Assembly (NCBI GenBank): GCA_963762015.1
Contig: CAVXJL010000007.1
Coordinates: forward strand, 408-64,407
Origin: an uncultured Actinomycetota bacterium
GTDB lineage: Bacteria > Actinomycetota > UBA4738 > HRBIN12
Reading direction: 5' to 3'
Length of the DNA: 64,000 nucleotides
Part shown: positions 9,129 through 18,003 of the stretch, piece after piece
Position numbering within the stretch: the first letter of the stretch is position 1
Layout: every line of letters starts with the position of its first letter
Translations under genes and position numbers: made by a program
The notes under the pieces: model-generated
Seen by the model: the letters and a program-made list of their open reading frames with translations, nothing else
Databases searched by the model: none
What the model was told of the DNA's origin: nothing

Positions 9129-10655
9129 CTACGACCCTTTCTCGAACACCGGGACCAGCGCGAAGTAGAGCTCTCGGTAGCGGCGGTAGGCCGCGTCGTA
9201 GGCATCGCTGGCGTCGGCATCCGGCTCGTGCTCGTCGGGTCGGAACGACACGAACGCCTCGACCGCATCCGGGACGGCCGCGTGGACGCCGGAGCCGACC
9301 GCGGCGAGGATCGCGGCCCCCGTGGCGGTGGTCTCCACGCTCTCCGGGACGCGCACGGGCAGACCGGTCACGTCGGCCTTGATCTGGCGCCAGAGCGGTC
9401 CTTTCGCACCCCCGCCCACGATCGTCAGCCGACGGACGTCGAGCCCTGCCGCTTTCATCGCCTCGAGGATGTCGCGGAGCGCGAACGCGCTGCCCTCGAG
9501 GATCGCGCGGGTCATGTGGTCCCGGGTGTGCGCGAGCGTGAGCCCGTAGAAGACACCGCGCGCCGCGCCGTTCCACTCCGGGGCCATCGCCCCTTGCATC
9601 GTGGGGAGGAAGACCACGCCATCGCTCCCCGCAGGGATCTGCGACGCCTCCTCGCTCAGCTGGTCGTAGGCGTCGCCCAGCCCCTTCTCTTCGTTCCGTC
9701 GCTCCTCGAGAGCGAACTGATCGCGCCACCACCGCAGGTTGCCTCCGGACACGAAGCCCGGGTTCTCGAGCAGCCACGCGTCCGGATCGGCATGGGGATG
9801 ACACTCGACGAGCATCGTCGGGTCCTCCCGCGGCTCGGCGCTCGCCGCACATACCGGTTCCGCGGTTCCCACGACGTCGCACACCTCGCCGGGCTCGAAG
9901 ACGCCGGCGCCGAGCGTGGCCGCCATCTCGTCGCCGCAGCCGATCGCGACCACCGTGTCAGCAGAGAGTCCACTCGCGTGGGCGAATCCTGCGGTGACGC
10001 TCCCGATCGCCTGCGTGGCGTCGCCCAACTCGGGGAGCATCGTCGGATCGATCCCGGTCGCGTCCAGCGCCTCGGTCGACCACGTCTTCGTCCGAGGATC
10101 GAGCAGAGCGAGCGACGATGCGTTCGAGGGATCGACCGCCGCGACTCCGGTCGTGTGACGCAGGACGTAGGAGCCGGGCGACATGAGCAGGGATGCTTCG
10201 CTCCAGACGTCGGGCTCCTCGTCGCGGACCCACAGGGCCTTGAACACCGCGTGGGACGAGTCGAGGTTCGCCCCGGTCGCGCGATAGAAGTCCCGGGGCG
10301 AGATCCGCTCGGCGAGGGCCGCCGCCTGCGCTTCGGCCCGGCGATCCATCCAGATCAGGGCGGGGCGCAGGCGGCGGCCCTCGCCGTCGCACACCACCAT
10401 CCCGTCGAGCTGGGAACCGAAGGACAGCCCTCGGATCGAGGACGGACCGTCGGGGCACTCCGCGACGAGGCGCCGACACGTCGTCTCGACGGCGGCCGTC
10501 CACAGGTCCGGTTCCTGCTCGGCCCACCCCGGATGCGGGAAGGACAGGTCGTACGCCTCGTACGCGGAGGCCACGAGCTCCCCGTCGGCCGAGTACAGGG
10601 CGGCGTTCGTCCCCTGGCTGCCGACGTCGCAGCCGATCACGTACGGACCGCTCAC
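9129..10655 (-). CDS. FGGY-family carbohydrate kinase (xylulokinase-like)
   Basis: 508 aa. N-terminal GCDVGSQGTNAALY and C-terminal GGGAKGPLWRQIKADV motifs. Confidence 0.85.
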   Translation of the reverse strand: MSGPYVIGCDVGSQGTNAALYSADGELVASAYEAYDLSFPHPGWAEQEPDLWTAAVETTCRRLVAECPDGPSSIRGLSFGSQLDGMVVCDGEGRRLRPALIWMDRRAEAQAAALAERISPRDFYRATGANLDSSHAVFKALWVRDEEPDVWSEASLLMSPGSYVLRHTTGVAAVDPSNASSLALLDPRTKTWSTEALDATGIDPTMLPELGDATQAIGSVTAGFAHASGLSADTVVAIGCGDEMAATLGAGVFEPGEVCDVVGTAEPVCAASAEPREDPTMLVECHPHADPDAWLLENPGFVSGGNLRWWRDQFALEERRNEEKGLGDAYDQLSEEASQIPAGSDGVVFLPTMQGAMAPEWNGAARGVFYGLTLAHTRDHMTRAILEGSAFALRDILEAMKAAGLDVRRLTIVGGGAKGPLWRQIKADVTGLPVRVPESVETTATGAAILAAVGSGVHAAVPDAVEAFVSFRPDEHEPDADASDAYDAAYRRYRELYFALVPVFEKGS

Positions 10656-10679
10656 GGAACGCCTACTCCTCGCACGCGT

Positions 10680-11735
10680 TCATGGCATGACGACCATCTT
10701 GAGACCCGTGCCGGCGCGGATCGTCTCGAACGCCTCGGCGATCTTCTCGAGCGGCCACCGGTGCGTGACGACCTTCGCGAGCTCCGCCTGCTTCCGGTCG
10801 AGGTAGTCCATCGTGATCCGGTACTGGCGATGTGTAGCGCCGTAGGCGCCCAGCACCGACAGTTCCTTGTAGTGGAGCTGGTTCATGTCGAGCGGGCTCA
10901 CGGGGTCGTGCTTCGGCAGGCCGGCGAAGTACACGACCTTCGCGCGCTTCGACGCCATCTCCAGCGCGGCCTGCTGCGCCGGCTTCGCCGGCGCCGCGAC
11001 GCTCACGCGCTCCGCACCGACGCCGCCGGTCCGCGAGAGGACCTCCTCCACGCCGTTGTCCTCACCGGCCACCCACGCGTCGTCGACGGCCTGTCCGATG
11101 GCGTCCAGGGCGATCTCGAGACGCTCCGCGGACACATCCGACAGGTACACCTTCGAGGCGCCCCGGTCGCGCGCCATCACGGCCTGCCAGCACCCGATCG
11201 GCCCCGTGCCCAGGATGACGACGGTGTCGCCGAGCCTGATGTCCAGCTGCTCGATCCCGTTCAGGGCGCATGCGAACGGATCGGCCACCGTCGCGAGGTC
11301 GCTCGGGAGCTCCCGCGGGAGCGGGATCAGGTTCTTCGTCGCGATCGGCGGCACGCCCGCGCGATCCGCGTAGGCACCGGGGAACGGGGCGTACCCGTAC
11401 AGGAGATGGTCCTCGCAGAGGTTCTGGAAACCCTCCAAGCACCACCGGCACTCGCCGCACGTGAGGATCGAGCCCAGGAAGACCCGGTCGCCCTTCGCGA
11501 CACCGGGGGGAAGATCGGCTTCCGCACCGACTTCCTCGAGGACGCCGACCGGCTCGTGACCTAGCTGCCACGGCACCGGTGCCTTCGGGTCGCCGTTGAA
11601 GAACGTCCGCGCGTCCGTGCCGCAGATCCCGCACGCCTCCACCCGCAGAACGGCGCCGCGCGGGTCGAGCGATGGCTCCTCGGCGTCCTCGCGGACCTCG
11701 ATCGCGTTGACGTCGGTCATGAACGCGGCGCGCAT
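10680..11735 (-). CDS. Zinc-dependent alcohol/polyol dehydrogenase (MDR family)
   Basis: GICGTD, GHEPVG and GTGPIGC motifs. ATG at 11735 (MRAAFMTD) overlaps the stop of the upstream aldolase gene (TGATG). Confidence 0.85.
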   Translation of the reverse strand: MRAAFMTDVNAIEVREDAEEPSLDPRGAVLRVEACGICGTDARTFFNGDPKAPVPWQLGHEPVGVLEEVGAEADLPPGVAKGDRVFLGSILTCGECRWCLEGFQNLCEDHLLYGYAPFPGAYADRAGVPPIATKNLIPLPRELPSDLATVADPFACALNGIEQLDIRLGDTVVILGTGPIGCWQAVMARDRGASKVYLSDVSAERLEIALDAIGQAVDDAWVAGEDNGVEEVLSRTGGVGAERVSVAAPAKPAQQAALEMASKRAKVVYFAGLPKHDPVSPLDMNQLHYKELSVLGAYGATHRQYRITMDYLDRKQAELAKVVTHRWPLEKIAEAFETIRAGTGLKMVVMP

Positions 11736-12556
11736 CAGCCGGCGAGCTCTTCCTGCAGCGCCGCCACTGCCTTGTCGGCGCTCCACCTCTCCCGGATCAC
11801 GCGCGCGAGCGCGCGCGTGATCGCCTCAGGCGACCGGTGCATGAAGATGTTCCTGCCGACCGAACAGCCGATCGCGCCGGCGGCGACCGCCTGCTCCATC
11901 CGCGTGAGCAGCTCCGCGTCCTCCAGCCGAGAACCACCTGCGAGCACCACCGGAACGCCGTTCGCGGCCTCGACCAGCTTCGAGAACGAATCGGCTTCGC
12001 CGGGCCAGTTCGTCTTCACGATGTCCGCGCCGAGCTCGGTGCAGAGCCGGACATTGCGCCTCAGGTACTCGAACCCGTACTGGTCTTTGAGCTCCTCGAC
12101 ACTCGCGTACGTCGTCGGGAACTCCGCCTCGGCGATGAACGGCATGCCCAGCGCGGCGCACTCCCGCCCCACGCCGGCGAGGATCTCGATCATCGAGGAC
12201 TCGGTGCCACCGCCGAGGGCGGTGAACAGGACGACGGCGTCGGCCCCCAGGACGAGCGCTTCCTCGACCTCCGCGATCTGCACGATCTCGGGCCTGTCAC
12301 CGTCGGGGCTCGCGGAGGCCGAGAGCAGCAGGGCGAGGGAGGTCGTCGGGGAGAACGCGGGCTCCGCGATCCTGATCATCCCCTTGCTCATCATGATCAC
12401 GTTGGCGCCTCCCGCGATGGTCTCCGCCGCGCGGGTCGTGATGTCCGCCAGCGGTTCCAGGAACGTCGGGGAGGTCATCCCGTGGTCCAGGGCACAGATC
12501 ACCGACACCCCTGCCGGGTCGATCACGCGCTTCAGCCGCATCGCCTTGCCCGTCAT
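11735..12556 (-). CDS. Class I aldolase of the DhnA/FbaB/LsrF family
   Basis: Schiff-base lysine context DIVKTNWPG and TIM-barrel aldolase text (ALDHGMTS, VVLAGGS). ATG at 12556 is preceded by a GAGGAGG RBS. Confidence 0.8.
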   Translation of the reverse strand: MTGKAMRLKRVIDPAGVSVICALDHGMTSPTFLEPLADITTRAAETIAGGANVIMMSKGMIRIAEPAFSPTTSLALLLSASASPDGDRPEIVQIAEVEEALVLGADAVVLFTALGGGTESSMIEILAGVGRECAALGMPFIAEAEFPTTYASVEELKDQYGFEYLRRNVRLCTELGADIVKTNWPGEADSFSKLVEAANGVPVVLAGGSRLEDAELLTRMEQAVAAGAIGCSVGRNIFMHRSPEAITRALARVIRERWSADKAVAALQEELAG

Positions 12557-12685
12557 CCGTGCCTCCTCGTTCCTATTCACCCTCAGATGGCTCGCTCGCG
12601 CCCGAAGTGTGCCAGAGGGCGCCCGGTCTCGCGACCTCTCAGTGTCGGCCCAGTGAGACAAGGGGTCGGGCTACACTCCCGGACG

Positions 12686-13402
12686 ATGGCGGTCATCCTC
12701 TTCGTTCGATGCGACGCCTCGGAAACGTTCGGGGTCGCACCCGCAGCCGTGGAGAGCGCGGGTGGCACGGTCGCTGTGTGGAACGCGCTCGACGCCACGG
12801 ACCCGAGACCGTCGCTCGACGACATCGGTGGGATCGTCGTGTTCGGCTCCACGTTCAACGTGGAGCATGCCGATGAGCAGCCCTTCATCAAGGAGACCGC
12901 CGACCTCATCCGAGAGGGGCTCGAGCGCCGGATCCCGTTCCTCGGCGTCTGCTTCGGAGGGCAACTCCTCGCCTGGGCGCTCGACGCGAAGGTCGGCGAG
13001 GGTCCTGCCCGGGAGATCGGCTTCGAACCGATCCATCCCACCGACGATGCTGCGCACGATCGACTCTTCTCCCACCTCTCGGACGGCGACCTGGCATTCC
13101 AGTGGCATGGGGACGCGTTCGAGCTCCCCGCAGGAGCGACGTTGCTCGCCACGGGTGATCAGGTTCCCAATCAAGCGTTCCGCGTCGGAGAGCTGGCGTG
13201 GGGCACACAGTTCCACTGCGAGGTGAACCTCTCCGAGCTCGACTTCTGGCTCGACGAGTTCGCGAAGGAAGGCGATCTCCGGTCGGAGTGGGGGAAAAGC
13301 TCGCAGGAGGTTCGCGATGAGGCCGAGCGGTTCATGGCCGAGCACGAGAGCCGCGGAAGTGAGGTGTTCGCACGTTTCACGACGCTGGCCGCGGGCGAGT
13401 AG
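12686..13402 (+). CDS. Class I glutamine amidotransferase-like protein
   Basis: Nucleophile elbow FLGVCFGGQLLA and His-Glu pair in GTQFHCEV. ATG at 12686 (MAVILFVR). Confidence 0.8.
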   Translation: MAVILFVRCDASETFGVAPAAVESAGGTVAVWNALDATDPRPSLDDIGGIVVFGSTFNVEHADEQPFIKETADLIREGLERRIPFLGVCFGGQLLAWALDAKVGEGPAREIGFEPIHPTDDAAHDRLFSHLSDGDLAFQWHGDAFELPAGATLLATGDQVPNQAFRVGELAWGTQFHCEVNLSELDFWLDEFAKEGDLRSEWGKSSQEVRDEAERFMAEHESRGSEVFARFTTLAAGE

Positions 13403-13433
13403 GCGCCGAAGACCCCTCGCTACACTCGACGCC

Positions 13434-14219
13434 GTGGCCGAGCACCGGTACCGACCCCTGATCGCGGTTGTCGCCTACCACTTGGCCGGCGATCGCGTCG
13501 CGCGATGGCCGGAGGGGGGGTACGGCGTCCCGAAGCCCTATCTCGACGCGCTCCGGCGGGCGGGCGCTCGCACCGCGATCCTGTCGCCCGGCGAGGAGGG
13601 AACCTCGGAGGAGATCCTCGAGCCGTTCGATGGCTTGCTGCTGGTCGGCGGCGGCGATGTCGATCCTGAACGCTACGGGGCGGAACGGGACGACCATCTA
13701 TACGGCATCGAGCCCGATCGCGACGAGTTCGAGATCGGGCTGCTCCACGCCGCGGACCGGCTCGCGATGCCGACCCTCTGCATCTGCCGGGGGATGCAGG
13801 TGATGAACGTCGCCTTCGGAGGTGCGCTGCACCAGCATCTCCCGGACCATCCCGACCTCATCGAGCACGGCGTGCCGCTCGAGGGAACGCAGACGATCCA
13901 CGACGTGACGGTGGAGCCCAGAAGCCGACTCTCCGCGGTGACGAAGGCGGGCACCCTCGCGAGCGCGTCGCATCATCACCAAGGGATCGACCGGCTGGGC
14001 GAGGGACTGGCCGTCACCGGGCGGAGCCCCGACGGCCTGATCGAAGCGATCGAGAGGATCGTGCCCGACCCGCACGACACACGAGCGCCGTGGATCGTCG
14101 GAGTGCAGTGGCACCCGGAGGAGACCGCGGAAGACGACCCCGCCCAGCAGTCGCTGTTCGACGCACTCGCGCGGCGCGCCCATCGAGCGGTTGAGGCCGG
14201 AGCGACCGTCACGACGTGA
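13434..14219 (+). CDS. Gamma-glutamyl-amine hydrolase, PuuD/peptidase C26-like amidotransferase
   Basis: LLVGGGDVDPERYG, catalytic Cys in LCICRGMQVMNVAFGG, and VQWHPE. GTG at 13434 chosen because it does not overlap the upstream gene. Confidence 0.8.
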   Translation: MAEHRYRPLIAVVAYHLAGDRVARWPEGGYGVPKPYLDALRRAGARTAILSPGEEGTSEEILEPFDGLLLVGGGDVDPERYGAERDDHLYGIEPDRDEFEIGLLHAADRLAMPTLCICRGMQVMNVAFGGALHQHLPDHPDLIEHGVPLEGTQTIHDVTVEPRSRLSAVTKAGTLASASHHHQGIDRLGEGLAVTGRSPDGLIEAIERIVPDPHDTRAPWIVGVQWHPEETAEDDPAQQSLFDALARRAHRAVEAGATVTT

Positions 14220-15438
14220 CGGCCGACCCCTGCGGGATCCCCTCTTCTTCCTCGAGCCGTAGGAACAGACCCGACCGTGGCTTCGGATCGAAGTAGGTGG
14301 CCTTCGCCGGCATCTGCTCGTGGCGATCCGCCACCTCGACGAATTGGTCGAAGGTCGGAGGCATGAGCGTGAACGCCGCCCCGCCGTCCTCGTCCACCCG
14401 CCTCGTCAGCTCTCCGAGTGGGACCGCATCTGACACGAACTCGAGGCCGGGGTCTCCCGCTTCCCCGAACCCGAAGATGGGCTCCAAGACTTCGCGGTGG
14501 AGCCGGGAGACGTCGAGCGATTCCACCCCCACCACCGCCTCGCCCCGAGACGGCACGAGCCGAAACCAACGGCCCTCCACGTAGAGCCCGAAGACACCGC
14601 GATCGACCGGCTGGGTCCCGCCTTCCTCCACGGTCAACCGCTCGCGTAGCCGCGAGAGCAGTTCGTCGACGGTCATCGCTAGCGGGCCCACGATCCGCCG
14701 ATGGAACCCGAGCATCCTCAGGGCGTCTTCGGGGAAGAGCACGGCCGGCACGCCGGCGCCCTCCGGCCGTCCGGCCCGCTCCCAGAGCTCGACCGAGGCC
14801 ATCGCTCGGTGATGCCCGTCCGTGATGTACAGCCGCTGTTGCTCGAGACGCTCTCGGATCCGTTCGATGGATTCCTGGTCGTCGATCCGCCACACGCTCT
14901 GCTCGAGATCACCCGTGCCGAACCTTCGGAGGGGGATCCTGTCTGTCGTCGCCTCCACGATCTTTCGGATGTCGTCGTCCTCGCGAAACATCAGCGCGAC
15001 CAAAGTCGAGCGAGCGCCCAGTCGAGCGAGGTGCAACCCGAGCGCGTCGACCCGTTCGGGCTGCACGCCCTCGTGGCCGAGGACACGGCCGTCGACGAAC
15101 GCCCGCGGCGGCACCTCGCCCACGATCCCGGTCTGCTCGTGGTCTGCGGCACGCAACCGGTACACGTAGAGCGCGGGTACGGGGAACCCCTCGTACAGCC
15201 CGGCATCGAGCAGGCGATGCAGTGCCGCCGCGTTCGCCTCGTCGAGCGCTTCGGGATCGACCTCCTGACCATCCATCGCATCGTCCGGCGTCCTCGACAC
15301 GTGCAACCACGAGTACGGACGCTCGGCGAGGATCGCGGCCCGTTCCTCGCGCGAGAGCGCGTCATGCATCGGGGAGACGACGTGATCGGCCCACTCGGCA
15401 CGAACGATCAGAGCCGGGAACGGCTCGAGCGTACTCAT
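14209..15438 (-). CDS. DUF1015 family protein
   Basis: 409 aa with the family-typical N-terminus (FPALIVRAEW...VSPMHDALS). The start overlaps the serC stop (ATGA). Confidence 0.8.
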   Translation of the reverse strand: MSTLEPFPALIVRAEWADHVVSPMHDALSREERAAILAERPYSWLHVSRTPDDAMDGQEVDPEALDEANAAALHRLLDAGLYEGFPVPALYVYRLRAADHEQTGIVGEVPPRAFVDGRVLGHEGVQPERVDALGLHLARLGARSTLVALMFREDDDIRKIVEATTDRIPLRRFGTGDLEQSVWRIDDQESIERIRERLEQQRLYITDGHHRAMASVELWERAGRPEGAGVPAVLFPEDALRMLGFHRRIVGPLAMTVDELLSRLRERLTVEEGGTQPVDRGVFGLYVEGRWFRLVPSRGEAVVGVESLDVSRLHREVLEPIFGFGEAGDPGLEFVSDAVPLGELTRRVDEDGGAAFTLMPPTFDQFVEVADRHEQMPAKATYFDPKPRSGLFLRLEEEEGIPQGSAVTS

Positions 15439-16514
15439 CCGTTCGCGTCCCGGAACCCCGCCATGAATCCGACGAGCGTCTCCACGCCCTCGTCCGTCAT
15501 CGCGTTGTAGATGCTCGCCCGGATCCCACCGACGCTCCGATGTCCCTTGAGGTTGACCAGGCCTTCCTGTTCCGCCCCCTTCAGGAACGCCGAGTCCAGC
15601 TCGTCGGACGGCGTGCGGAACACCACGTTCATGTGCGAACGGTGGGCGGGCTCGACGGGTGAGTGATAGAAGCTCTCGCTTTCCGCGATCGCGTCGTACA
15701 CCGCTCCCGAACGACGTGCGGCGCGCTCTTCCATCGCCACGACGCCCCCTTGGTCACGCATCCAGCGCAGCACCTTCCCGGTCACGTAGATCGCGAACAT
15801 GGGAGGCGTGTTCATCAAGCTGTTCTTGCTCGCGTGCGCCTCCAGGCTGAGGTAGCTGGGGAGCTCGGGGTTCAGCCCTTCGAGCATCGACGTCCGGACC
15901 ACCACCACGGCGAGCCCGGCGGGGCCGAGGTTCTTCTGTGCGCCGCCGTACACGAGGTCGAACCGATCCCACGGGATCGGTCGGCTGAGGTAGTCCGACG
16001 ACATATCACCCACAAGGGGAACCTCCACCTCGGGGAACAGGGCCATCCGGATCCCCTCGATCGTCTCGTTGGACGTGACGTGGAGGTATCGGGTGTCCCC
16101 TGAGATCTGCAGCTCCTCATCGGAGGGCATCCGCGTGAACGAGAACGGTTCACCGTCCCATGCGGCGTATGTCTCGCCCCAGACACCGGCATCTTGGAGC
16201 GCGCCTTTGGCCCAGGTACCCGATCGCACATAGCCCGCCCGCTCTCCCCGGCTGAGCAGGTTCATCGGCACGATCGCGAACTGGAGCGTCGCACCTCCTT
16301 GCAGGAACAGGATCGAGAAGTCGTCGGGCACGGCGTAGTTCTCGCGGAAGAGGGACAGCGTCTCCTCGTGGACCGCCTCGTATTCAGGGCTCCGATGACT
16401 CATCTCGATCACCGACATCCCGGAGCCCTGGAAGTCGAGGAGCTCGGACTTCACCTCCTCCAGCACGGACAGAGGGAGGGTGCACGGACCGGCGCAGAAG
16501 TTGTGAACCCTCAC
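15435..16514 (-). CDS. serC: Phosphoserine aminotransferase
   Basis: NFCAGPCTLP N-terminus and PLP lysine in GGAQKNLGPAG. 359 aa. The GTG start overlaps the serA stop (GTGA). Confidence 0.9.
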   Translation of the reverse strand: MRVHNFCAGPCTLPLSVLEEVKSELLDFQGSGMSVIEMSHRSPEYEAVHEETLSLFRENYAVPDDFSILFLQGGATLQFAIVPMNLLSRGERAGYVRSGTWAKGALQDAGVWGETYAAWDGEPFSFTRMPSDEELQISGDTRYLHVTSNETIEGIRMALFPEVEVPLVGDMSSDYLSRPIPWDRFDLVYGGAQKNLGPAGLAVVVVRTSMLEGLNPELPSYLSLEAHASKNSLMNTPPMFAIYVTGKVLRWMRDQGGVVAMEERAARRSGAVYDAIAESESFYHSPVEPAHRSHMNVVFRTPSDELDSAFLKGAEQEGLVNLKGHRSVGGIRASIYNAMTDEGVETLVGFMAGFRDANG

Positions 16515-17728
16515 GACCGGCCCCGGTCCCTCGGGATCGCCGAGACGTGGATCACGTCGTCGAGTCCCTGGAGGGCGGCCAGCAGATCAGGGCCGACGTC
16601 GCCGACGACGTCGATCGTGGCGACGGCTGCGTTCCGCCCCTCGAAGACGCGATTCTCCATCTGCTCCACGTTCAGCTCGCGGCGTCGCAGGATGTCGAAC
16701 ACGCCCGCCAGCACGCCGACACGGTCGAAGTGCCTGACGTGGAGGGTGTGGGTGCCGAGCCTGGTGGGCGCGAGGTTGACGCAGTTCACGATCTCGCCGC
16801 GGACGAACGCATCGATGATCTCGACAACCCCTTCGGCGACGGCCTTCTGGGCTTGCGCGGTCGATGCGCCGATGTGATGCGTCCCGACGACGTTCGGATG
16901 CTGGGCGAGTTTCGAGGACCATCCCGTCGAACCCGAGCCCGGCTCATCGGGGTAGACGTCGAGACCCGCGCGAAGCGCGCGGGTCTCGAGCGCATCCAGG
17001 AGCGCGGCCTCGTCCACGACGTCACCCCGAGACGTGTTGAGCAGGATCGCGCCTTCCTTCATCCGACCGAGGAGGCGAGCGTCGAACAGAGACTCGGTGT
17101 TGGGAGCGGCGGGGAGGTGGATCGACACGATGTCGGAGGTCGCGACGAGATCCTCGAGCGAGTCGATGAGCTCGATGTCGAGCGCCCTGATGCGCTCCTC
17201 AGCCACCTCGTTCCGGTCCTTGCGGATGGCCCGCACCTCGAGCCCGAACGCCGTCGCGCGCTCCGCGACGGCGAAGCCGATCTCCCCGAGCCCCACGATG
17301 CCCATCACCCGTCCGAACAGGCCGTCGGCCTTCGAATACGTGGCCTTGTTCCACGACCCCGTCCGAAGGTCGGCCACGTTGTCAGGGATCCGCCGGTCGA
17401 TCGCCAGGAGCAGCCCCATGGTGAGCTCGGCAACGGCGATCGCGTTGCGGCCCGGGACGTTCGTGACGTAGATCCCCACCTCCGATGCCGCCCCCACGTC
17501 GATCGTGTTCGTACCGGCTCCCGCGCGCACGATCACCTCGAGGGCGTCGGCGGCCTCGATCGTGGCCGCTGTCACTTTCGTGCTCCTCACGACCAGGACC
17601 TCGAAACCCCCGATCCGACCGGGGAGCTCATCGGCGGAGAGATTGGGCTCCGAGACGCACTCGTGCCCACGCTCCGTCAACACATCGACGGTGGAGGGGT
17701 CGATCGAGTCGGCCAAGAGCACCCGCAT
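16511..17728 (-). CDS. serA: D-3-phosphoglycerate dehydrogenase with C-terminal ACT-like domain
   Basis: 2-hydroxyacid dehydrogenase fold, NAD motif GIVGLGEIGFAVA, HIGAST, and a C-terminal regulatory domain. 405 aa. Confidence 0.9.
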   Translation of the reverse strand: MRVLLADSIDPSTVDVLTERGHECVSEPNLSADELPGRIGGFEVLVVRSTKVTAATIEAADALEVIVRAGAGTNTIDVGAASEVGIYVTNVPGRNAIAVAELTMGLLLAIDRRIPDNVADLRTGSWNKATYSKADGLFGRVMGIVGLGEIGFAVAERATAFGLEVRAIRKDRNEVAEERIRALDIELIDSLEDLVATSDIVSIHLPAAPNTESLFDARLLGRMKEGAILLNTSRGDVVDEAALLDALETRALRAGLDVYPDEPGSGSTGWSSKLAQHPNVVGTHHIGASTAQAQKAVAEGVVEIIDAFVRGEIVNCVNLAPTRLGTHTLHVRHFDRVGVLAGVFDILRRRELNVEQMENRVFEGRNAAVATIDVVGDVGPDLLAALQGLDDVIHVSAIPRDRGRS

Positions 17729-17954
17729 GCCCTAGGAGCTAAGCAGAACGGGCTGACGAGGAACAAGCCTGTCCACTCCGTCCGAAGGGCCCGGCCTCCC
17801 CCGGAGTGACGGCGGTTGGTCCGGAGGGACCATCTCTGCCTAGCGCGAACGCGCCCCCGATGCTATACAGACGACCATCGAACTGAGTGGGGATTCAAAG
17901 CAGACGGGGTCTGGGGGGACAGGCGGGTCTCCGATGAGGAGATCCTGCTGATTT

Positions 17955-17988
17955 TCTCTGGGCGCAACCGATCTCTGGGCGCAACCGA
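17955..17988. repeat. Perfect 17-bp tandem direct repeat (2 units)
   Basis: TCTCTGGGCGCAACCGA at 17955-17971 and again at 17972-17988. It lies immediately upstream of the RBS and start of the peptide-SBP gene. Confidence 0.9.
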
Positions 17989-18003
17989 AAGGTGTGGGAT
18001 GAG

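Noticed and set aside
7193-9268. 691-aa ORF on the minus strand
   Set aside because: It is antisense to the well-supported GlnA-like gene and the lipoprotein gene. The translation is Arg/Pro/Gly/His-rich low-complexity text typical of off-frame reading of high-GC coding DNA, with no recognisable motif.
9228-11564. 778-aa ORF on the plus strand
   Set aside because: It is antisense to the FGGY kinase and the Zn-dehydrogenase, both of which carry clear catalytic motifs. The composition is that of a spurious high-GC ORF.
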